The notes under the pieces: model-generated
What the model was told of the DNA's origin: nothing
Database searches by the model: none
What the model saw: only the letters and a program-made list of their open reading frames with translations
Source: Acidimicrobiia bacterium
GTDB lineage: Bacteria > Actinomycetota > Acidimicrobiia > Spongiisociales > UBA11373
NCBI GenBank assembly: GCA_035514255.1
Contig: DATKBG010000202.1
Location: 1-36,303 of the forward strand
Length of the DNA: 36,303 nt
Direction: 5' to 3'
Shown here: piece by piece, positions 25,605-34,130 of the stretch
Layout of the letters: each line of letters starts with the position of its first letter
Position numbering within the stretch: position 1 is the stretch's first letter
Translations under genes and position numbers: made by a program

Positions 25605-26347
25605 CACGCTTGTTACTCCCCTCGCAGGAACCATATGTCCCCGAGGGTGGCCGGATCATTTCTGCCCGGCTCCTCATGTCGCCATGAGGGTCGGACTGTC
25701 TCATCGCCGCTCATGCGGCGCCTGGCGTACAGTCTCTGAGGATCCCAGGAGGATCGCTTCCTTTGGTCGAGCTCGCTGCTTGCCGGTTCCGTTCATCTCG
25801 TAGGCGAGGTGAACGATCCGTTCGAAGCCAGTCGGCTCGAGGTGCTCTCTACTTCGCAACGACCTGACGATCGATGCGAACAGCTCGAAATCCCGGCGCT
25901 TCACCTCGAGCGGCCAAACCTCGAAGAACGGAAGGATCCGATCAATGAGGTCCTGACGGCTCGATACGCCGTAGACATCTACGTTGCTGCGCGGACCCTT
26001 CGACCGGACGCCGCCGCACCCGAAGGTGGCGGCGAGTCGCTCGAGGATCTCGCGGTCCCGCTCATGTTGTGAGACCTGGAACACGGCAGTCACCTGCCAG
26101 CCCCGGGTCTTTCGTACATGTGGGTTCTTGTGGAACGAGATGGAGAAGCAACCTTCACCATCGACGAATCCACTCACCCATCGCGGGTCGAGAGCGCGAA
26201 TCCTGGTTTCCTGCTGATTGTCCGCACCGGACGGATTTTCACTGCCCATGTCGTGACCCTATGTCGGGCCTGTGACATGGACGAGTACCGCCGGATACTC
26301 GGATGTTCCAGCATATAGCCAGGTTTACCCACCGCCAGTAGGTACTA
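25605..26347 (-). mobile_element. Group I intron in 23S rRNA helix 69, inserted between E. coli positions U1923 and C1924
   Basis: The exons read ...GGCGGUAACUAUAACCGU | intron | CCUAAGGUAGCGAAAUUCC... The 5' exon ends in U, which can wobble-pair with the intron guide sequence GCGGU. The intron ends in G. The P7 strands are GACUGU / ACAGUC in the context CAGAGACUGUA ... GAGACAGUCC, and the P8 hairpin is CGCCGC-AUGA-GCGGCG. A P9 hairpin has a GCGA loop, followed by further 3' hairpins. Confidence 0.85.
25701..26249 (-). CDS. LAGLIDADG homing endonuclease, single-motif (homodimer) type, I-CeuI/I-CreI-like
   Basis: It has one LAGLIDADG motif, VSGFVDGEGCFSI, and a FQVSQHERDREILERL block typical of the family. 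The protein is 182 aa and lies wholly inside the intron. Confidence 0.88.
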   Translation of the reverse strand: MGSENPSGADNQQETRIRALDPRWVSGFVDGEGCFSISFHKNPHVRKTRGWQVTAVFQVSQHERDREILERLAATFGCGGVRSKGPRSNVDVYGVSSRQDLIDRILPFFEVWPLEVKRRDFELFASIVRSLRSREHLEPTGFERIVHLAYEMNGTGKQRARPKEAILLGSSETVRQAPHERR

Positions 26348-27303
26348 ACGGTTATAGTTACCGCCGCCGTTTACCGGGGCTTTGGTTCAAAGCTTCGCTT
26401 CCGAAGAAGCTAACCTTTCCCCTTAACCTTCCGGCACCGGGCAGGCGTCACAGCGTATACGTCGTCTTGCGACTTAGCACGCTGCTGTGTTTTTAGTAAA
26501 CAGTCGCTTGGGCCGAGTCACTGCGGCCTCATCGAGCTCCGGGACGCGAAGTCCCATCACTCTACCGAGGCGCCCCTTCTCCCTAAGTTACGGGGCCATT
26601 TTGCCGAGTTCCTTGACCACGGTTCTCTCGCTCGCCTTGGTATTCTCTACCTGTCCACCTGTGTCGGTTTGGGGTACGGGCACCCCGTGCACTCGCTAGA
26701 GGTTGTTTCTTGGCGGCATGGACGTTCGGCAGCTTCCCCTTAATCGGGTCGGCATCCCGCCTCAGGCTTCGTGGGATCCGGATTTGCCTAGATCCCGCCC
26801 TACACGGTTACCCCGGGTCAACCAACGCCCGGGTCTGCTTATCCTTCCGCGTCACCCCATCGCTGGCCTAGTACCGGCTGGGTCGGTAGGCCCCGAAGGG
26901 CTTTCCTTAGCAAACCGGGTTCGGCCTGGGCGCGCACGTGGTGGTACTGGAATATCAACCAGTTGTCCATCGACTACGCTTCACAGCCTCGCCTTAGGTC
27001 CCGACTAACCCTGGGCGGACGAGCCTTCCCCAGGAAACCTTGGACATTCGGCGGGGGAGATTCGCACTCCCCTTTCGCTACTCATGCCGGCATTCTCACT
27101 TGAACGGCCTCCACGACTGGCTCACGCCGCCGCTTCGCTGGCCGTTCAACGCTCTCCTACCGATCCCGTCACCTGGACCTGTCCCCGAAAGAACAGGCCT
27201 GGCTATTGACGAAATCCCGCAGCTTCGGTGCTGAACTTGAGCCCCGTTACATTTTCCGCGCAGAACCACTCGACCAGTGAGCTGTTACGCACTCTTTAAA
27301 GGA

Positions 27304-27334
<31 letters not shown>

Positions 27335-27902
27335 TTGTGCAATTCCACATCGTTCCCCACTTAGTTCAGACTTAGGGACCTTAGCTGGCGATCTGGGCTG
27401 TTTCCCTTTCGACCAATGAGGCTCATCCCCCATGGTCTGACTGCCGCGCTGTGGCACCATGAAATTCGGAGTTTGATTGGGGTCGGTAAGCTTGTTGGCC
27501 CCCTTACCCATTCAGTGCTCTACCTCCATGGTGGAACGCGCGACGCTAGCCCTAGAGCTATTTCGGAGAGAACCAGCTATCGCCGAGTTTGATTGGCCTT
27601 TCACCCCTATCCACAGGTCATCCCCCAAGTTTTCAACCTTGGTGGGTTCGGGCCTCCACGAGGTCTTACCCTCGATTCACCCTGCCCATGGATAGATCAC
27701 TCGGCTTCGGGTCTAGAGCACGCGACTAGTCGCCCTATTCAGACTTGCTTTCGCTGCGGCTTCGGCTCACGCCTTAACCTTGCCACGTACTGCTAACTCG
27801 CCGGCTCATTCTTCAAAAGGCAGGCCGTCAGGTCCCGAAGGACCCTCCGACTGCTTGTAAGTTTACGGTTTCAGGTTCTATTTAACTCCCCTCACCGGGG
27901 TG

Positions 27903-27944
<42 letters not shown>

Positions 27945-28471
27945 TGGGTAGTACTTAGCCTTACGAGGTGGTCCTCGCAGATTCACACGGGATTTCACGT
28001 GCCCCGTGCTACTTGGGAAATCCACCAGGAGCTCAGTGCGCTTTCGCCTACAGGGCTGTTACCTTCTATGGCCTGCCTTTCCAGGCATGTTCGACTAGCA
28101 CCTGAGTTTGTAACTCCTTGACGGTTCCGGTGGACCGTCAGGTGACTCCCACAACCCCAGCATGACAACGGCACCGGCCTATCACGCCACACTGGTTTGG
28201 GCTCTTCCCGTTTCGCTCGCCGCTACTCCGGGAGTCGCTGTTGCTTTACTTTCCTCGGGGTACTGAGATGTTTCAATTCCCCCGGTTACCTTTACCGGTC
28301 CTATGTGTTCAGACCGGAATGACTGGGCATTACCCCAGACGGGTTCCCCCATTCGGACATCCCCGGATCAGTGCCTGCTTGGCGGCTCCCCGAGGCTTAT
28401 CGCAGCCTGCTACGTCCTTCATCGGCTCCCAGCGCCAAGGCATCCACCGTAAACCCTTAGTAGCTTGAATC

Positions 28472-28690
28472 TTGTGAATCCAAGACGCTTGTGCTCGCTA
28501 TGCAGTTCTCAAGGTGCATGAGATAGACGGACCGAAGCCCGACTCCCTCACGACTGAACAATGTGCCCATGCCGACATCCGATCGATGCCGTCGCGGCCG
28601 AAGCCGCTGCGTCGCCGATCTTCGATCGGCATGAGTAGCCAGTCTCATTGACTAGGTAGCTGTTGGGGCTCGAGGCCCCGGTTGCTCCTT
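28472..28690 (-). other. 16S-23S internal transcribed spacer without tRNA genes
   Basis: These 219 nt lie between the rRNA ends. I saw no cloverleaf or T-loop (GTTCGAATC-like) signature. Confidence 0.8.
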
Positions 28691-30226
<1,536 letters not shown>

Positions 30227-30582
30227 AAGATCGAGGCCCGAAGGCCCACAATCCTCAAGTTGTTCGAGTTTGTGTGCGAGGGGTTGGCCAAACCGCACCC
30301 TCGCGGCTGACATCAGTTGTTGTCTGATGCTTACTCGAGTACGAATGCTCTCACGACGCGACAGGAAAACCCATCGGACGCGAGAGGCTAAAACTGGCTT
30401 TTGGCACATTGTTCAGTTGTCAAGGAGCCAGGACCACTCCTGCGGCATGCGCGACAGCGCTGGGGCGCGGGAGCGGACGCAATCGTATACCAACGGTTAC
30501 GACTGTGCAATTCGGCCAACCTCGGCCCCGACTGAAGTATTCCCTCGCGGCGGCTGCGACCGAGCCACTACCCTGCCCTGCC

Positions 30583-31863
30583 GTGGCGAACCCTCTCGAC
30601 ACCCTCATCGAACGCGGCTTCGTCCAGGATGCCAGCGACCGCGATGCCCTGCGCGACCTGCTCGACGAGGGCCCCACGACCTTCTACTACGGATGCGATC
30701 CCACGGCGAGCTCGCTGCACATCGGGAACCTGGTCGGCCTCATGGCCATGGCGTGGCTGCAGCGCTCCGGACATCGGGCCATCGCCCTCGCCGGCGGCGG
30801 CACCGGCCGCATCGGTGATCCCTCCTTTCGCGACGACGAACGCCAACTGCTCCCCGAGGAGACCATCACCCACAACCTCGAAAGGATCCGGGAACAGATG
30901 GGAAGGCTCATCGACATCGAAGACCCGAGCCGCGGGATCCTCGTCGACAACCACGACTGGCTCGGCACGGTGGGCTTCCTCGACTTCCTGCGAGACGTGG
31001 GCAAGCACTTCTCGGTCAACCAGATGATCGCCCGCGAGTCGGTCCGACGGCGCCTCGAGGAGCGGGAGCAGGGCATCTCCTTCACCGAGTTCTCGTATCA
31101 GCTCCTCCAGGCCTACGACTTCGCCCACCTGCACGCCGCCGAGGGATGCATGCTCCAGATCGGCGGGTCCGACCAGTGGGGGAACATCACCGCCGGCATC
31201 GAGCTGACCAGGCGCCTTCACGGTGCGCGGGTTCATGGATTCACCTGGCCGCTCATCGAGCGGTCCGACGGCAAGAAGATCTCCAAGTCGACCAACACCG
31301 ACGCCCCCGTACTCGCCGCCGACGAGACGAGCCCGTACGCCTTCTACCAGTGGTTCTTCAACGTGCCCGATGCCGACGTCGACCGCTTCCTCCGCCTCTT
31401 CACGTTCCTGCCCCTCGACGAGATTGCGAGTCTGGTCGCCGCCGGTGAGTCCGACCCGTCGGCGAGGACGCCTCAGCGGACCCTCGCCGAGGAGGTCACC
31501 CGCATCGTCCATGGCGAGGAGGGCCTGGATGCGGCTCGGAGCGCCAGTGAGATCCTCTTCGGGTCGGAACCGTTCGTCGGCCTCGACGATCGGACCATCG
31601 ACGATGCGTTTGCGGCCGCACCGTCGGTGACGCTCGAGCGCAGCCTCCTCGGCTCCATCGGACTCCTGGAGCTGATGGTGCGCGCCGGAGCAGCCGCCTC
31701 CAACGGCGAAGCCCGGCGCCTGGTGACTCAGGGCGCCGTTCGGGTCAACAACGCCCAGGTGGACGAACCCACGACCATCATCACCGAGTCTCACCTGATC
31801 GGCTCCGATGCCGTCGTCATTCGGACGGGCAAGAAGTCGTACCACCTGGCGAGGTTCCGGTGA
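30583..31863 (+). CDS. tyrS: Tyrosine-tRNA ligase
   Basis: It has the HIGH motif (SLHIGN), a KMSKS-type motif (KKISKS) and a C-terminal S4-like domain. GTG 30583 was chosen inside track ORF 30409..31863. Confidence 0.92.
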   Translation: MANPLDTLIERGFVQDASDRDALRDLLDEGPTTFYYGCDPTASSLHIGNLVGLMAMAWLQRSGHRAIALAGGGTGRIGDPSFRDDERQLLPEETITHNLERIREQMGRLIDIEDPSRGILVDNHDWLGTVGFLDFLRDVGKHFSVNQMIARESVRRRLEEREQGISFTEFSYQLLQAYDFAHLHAAEGCMLQIGGSDQWGNITAGIELTRRLHGARVHGFTWPLIERSDGKKISKSTNTDAPVLAADETSPYAFYQWFFNVPDADVDRFLRLFTFLPLDEIASLVAAGESDPSARTPQRTLAEEVTRIVHGEEGLDAARSASEILFGSEPFVGLDDRTIDDAFAAAPSVTLERSLLGSIGLLELMVRAGAAASNGEARRLVTQGAVRVNNAQVDEPTTIITESHLIGSDAVVIRTGKKSYHLARFR

Positions 31864-32690
31864 GGCCAACCGGTCTCCTACTTGTCACCCTGGCCCTGTT
31901 CTTTACCGCCTGTGCACCGGCCCTCCCGGAGCGTGATGCAAGCGGCCTCATCATCGAGGAAGCCGAGATGCCCAGCAGCGACCTGCGCGAGGGAGACTGC
32001 TTCTCGGTGCCGGGAGGCCTCTCCGGTGGGGAGATCGAACGCGTCGTCGGCGTGCCGTGCGCTCAGGAGCACGACTTCCGTGTCGTCGGGGTGGTGGATG
32101 TCACCGCTGACGATCATCCCGGCCAGTCCGCCCTCGACGGGCTCGCCCTGGATGCCTGCCCGGCTGCCTTCGTGAGCCGCGTCGGTGCTCCCTTCCACGA
32201 TTCCGAAGTGGCGATGATCTGGCTGACCCCAACCGGCGACTCGTGGCGCGCCGGGGCTCGAACGATCCAGTGCATCGTGAGTAATCTCACCACCCCCGTC
32301 CGGGATGGCAGCGGTGCCATCATCGGTGGCGGCGAGAGCACGGTGTTCGGTCTGCGCCAGGGGGACTGCTACAACGACCCGACGGCGGCGGATCGACTGA
32401 CCATCACCGCGGTGCTCTGTGCCGAGCCCCACGACAACGAGATATTCCACCGCTTCACCCTCCCGGCTGGCCCCTTCCCCGGTGAGAGCGCCCAGGCAGA
32501 CATCGACGCGGCGTGCCTGGAGGCCTTCGAGAACTTCACCGGCGCCCCGCACGGCGAGACACCCCTCGAGTTCTTCACCGATTGGCCCACCGAGAAGCTG
32601 TGGGACATGGGCGACCGGGACGTCCACTGCGTGCTGTTCGCTTCTAACGGCTCGAAGCTCACCGGTTCGATGGCCGGCTCAGGAGCCTGA
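31860..32690 (+). CDS. Lipoprotein with two tandem septum-formation-type Cys-rich domains
   Basis: It has the lipobox LALFFTAC. The pattern GDCF/GDCY ... C(A)(Q/E)(E/P)HD.(R/E) ... C occurs twice, and the C-terminus is LTGSMAGSGA. The GTGA start overlaps the tyrS stop. Confidence 0.75.
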   Translation: MRPTGLLLVTLALFFTACAPALPERDASGLIIEEAEMPSSDLREGDCFSVPGGLSGGEIERVVGVPCAQEHDFRVVGVVDVTADDHPGQSALDGLALDACPAAFVSRVGAPFHDSEVAMIWLTPTGDSWRAGARTIQCIVSNLTTPVRDGSGAIIGGGESTVFGLRQGDCYNDPTAADRLTITAVLCAEPHDNEIFHRFTLPAGPFPGESAQADIDAACLEAFENFTGAPHGETPLEFFTDWPTEKLWDMGDRDVHCVLFASNGSKLTGSMAGSGA

Positions 32691-33227
32691 GAGGACAAAC
32701 CTCCAGGGTCGGTCGGTCGCACGGGAGATGCCGATCCGAGGCGTCGCCGTCCAGGCCAGATCCGGGTGAGGATCACCAACGATCGACACCGGCCCGTCGA
32801 ACACCGACGACCCATCGAGGTCTCCGCTCACGCCGAGCGCCTGGGTGAGGCGTCCCGGTCCTCGGGCCAGGACATCAGATCTGCCTCGCCGCCCCACCAT
32901 CGTCGCTTCGCCCTCCACCGGTTCCCCGCCGCGCAGCAGCACGGCCGACGCCGCCCCCTCCGGGCCGGTGACCACGTTCATGCACCAGTGGATCCCGTAG
33001 CTGCGGTACACATAGAGCGTTCCAGGAGGCCCGAACATGCTGCGGTTCCGTTCGGTCAAGCCACGGTAAGCGTGGCTCGCCGGGTCGTCGGGGCCGCCAT
33101 AAGCCTCCACTTCGGTGATGACGACACCGACGACCTGACCGCCGGTACGGGACTCCAGCCGACGCCCCAGCAGGCCCTGCGCCGCCGTCGCGGCCGGGCC
33201 GCTCAGTAACCGCTCGAGCTCGGTCAC
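32679..33227 (-). CDS. mpg: DNA-3-methyladenine glycosylase (Mpg/AAG family)
   Basis: It has ITEVEAYGGPDDPASHAYRG.T.RN..MFGPPG.LYVY.SYGIHWC.NVV. GTG 33227 overlaps the argF stop (GTGA). The rest of the track ORF up to 33965 is an out-of-frame overlap with argF. Confidence 0.86.
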   Translation of the reverse strand: MTELERLLSGPAATAAQGLLGRRLESRTGGQVVGVVITEVEAYGGPDDPASHAYRGLTERNRSMFGPPGTLYVYRSYGIHWCMNVVTGPEGAASAVLLRGGEPVEGEATMVGRRGRSDVLARGPGRLTQALGVSGDLDGSSVFDGPVSIVGDPHPDLAWTATPRIGISRATDRPWRFVLSGS

Positions 33228-34126
33228 CCCGTCAGATGCAGGAGGAGTGCCTTGAAGGCGTGAAGACGGTTCTCGGCCTGGTCGAAGACCCGGCTGCGCT
33301 CGTGGTCGACCACACCGTCGGTGACCTCTTCCTCCCGGTGTGCCGGAAGGCAGTGCAGGAAGATCGCCGTCGGCGCTGCCAACCCGAACAGCGCCTCGTC
33401 GACCCGGTACGGGGCGAACAGCGAGCGACGCTCGGCGGCCTCGGCCTCCTGGCCCATCGACGTCCACACGTCGGTGTACACCGCGTCGGCGCCGCGCACG
33501 GCCTCCGCGGGATCCGTCATCACTTCCACCTGCCCCCCATTGGCGGCAACGGCCCCCGCCTCCTCCACCGACCATGCCGGCGGTTCGTAGCCCGAGGGCG
33601 ACGCCACCCGCACCCGGGCACCGAGAGCCGCTCCGGCGATCATGAGCGAGGTACACACGTTGTTGCCATCGCCGACATAGGCGATCGTCGATCCCTGGAC
33701 CGGCAGGTTCTCGGCAATCGTCTGCATGTCGGCGAGGGCCTGACACGGGTGCTCCAGATCGGAGAGCAGATTGATCACCGGGGCCGCAGCGTGCGCGGCG
33801 ATCGTGTCGAGGTTGCGGTGATCGAATACCCGAAAGGCGAGGACGTCGAGATATCGGTCGAGGACCCGGGCCACGTCCTCCACGGCCTCGCGGGAACCGA
33901 GTCCCACCTCGTCCTGCTTGAGCACGATCGGCACGCTTCCGAGATCCGTGGTCGCCACTTCGCACGACACCCTCGTCCGCGTCGACGGCTTCTCGAAGAA
34001 CAGACCGACCCGAAGTCCCCTCCGAGTTCCGGCGACGCGATCACGGTCGCGTTTCACCTCTGCGGCGAGATCGACGAGATGTCGGATGCCGTCGGCACCG
34101 AGGTCACCGACCTTCACGAAGTCCAC
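33224..34126 (-). CDS. argF: Ornithine carbamoyltransferase
   Basis: It has the STRTRVS, HPCQALAD and HCLPAHR motifs. Confidence 0.93.
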   Translation of the reverse strand: MDFVKVGDLGADGIRHLVDLAAEVKRDRDRVAGTRRGLRVGLFFEKPSTRTRVSCEVATTDLGSVPIVLKQDEVGLGSREAVEDVARVLDRYLDVLAFRVFDHRNLDTIAAHAAAPVINLLSDLEHPCQALADMQTIAENLPVQGSTIAYVGDGNNVCTSLMIAGAALGARVRVASPSGYEPPAWSVEEAGAVAANGGQVEVMTDPAEAVRGADAVYTDVWTSMGQEAEAAERRSLFAPYRVDEALFGLAAPTAIFLHCLPAHREEEVTDGVVDHERSRVFDQAENRLHAFKALLLHLTG

Positions 34127-34130
34127 GAGT

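Noticed and set aside
28472-28690. tRNA-Ile or tRNA-Ala genes in the 16S-23S spacer.
   Set aside because: No tRNA-like acceptor or T-arm sequence is visible, and the spacer is only about 219 nt. Lack of spacer tRNAs is usual in Actinobacteria.
30227-30582. A T-box leader upstream of tyrS, and rRNA promoters in the divergent intergenic region. This includes a TTGACA on the minus strand at 30418-30423.
   Set aside because: There is no T-box sequence (AAnnnGGGTGGTACCGCG-like). The TTGACA has no acceptable -10 at 16-19 nt (the hexamer there is AAGCCA). I could not place the rRNA promoters with any confidence.
33228-33965. The N-terminal 246-aa extension of the mpg ORF (track 32679..33965).
   Set aside because: It lies wholly inside argF in a different frame and its composition is junk-like. 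The GTGA junction at 33224-33227 gives a normal-length Mpg.
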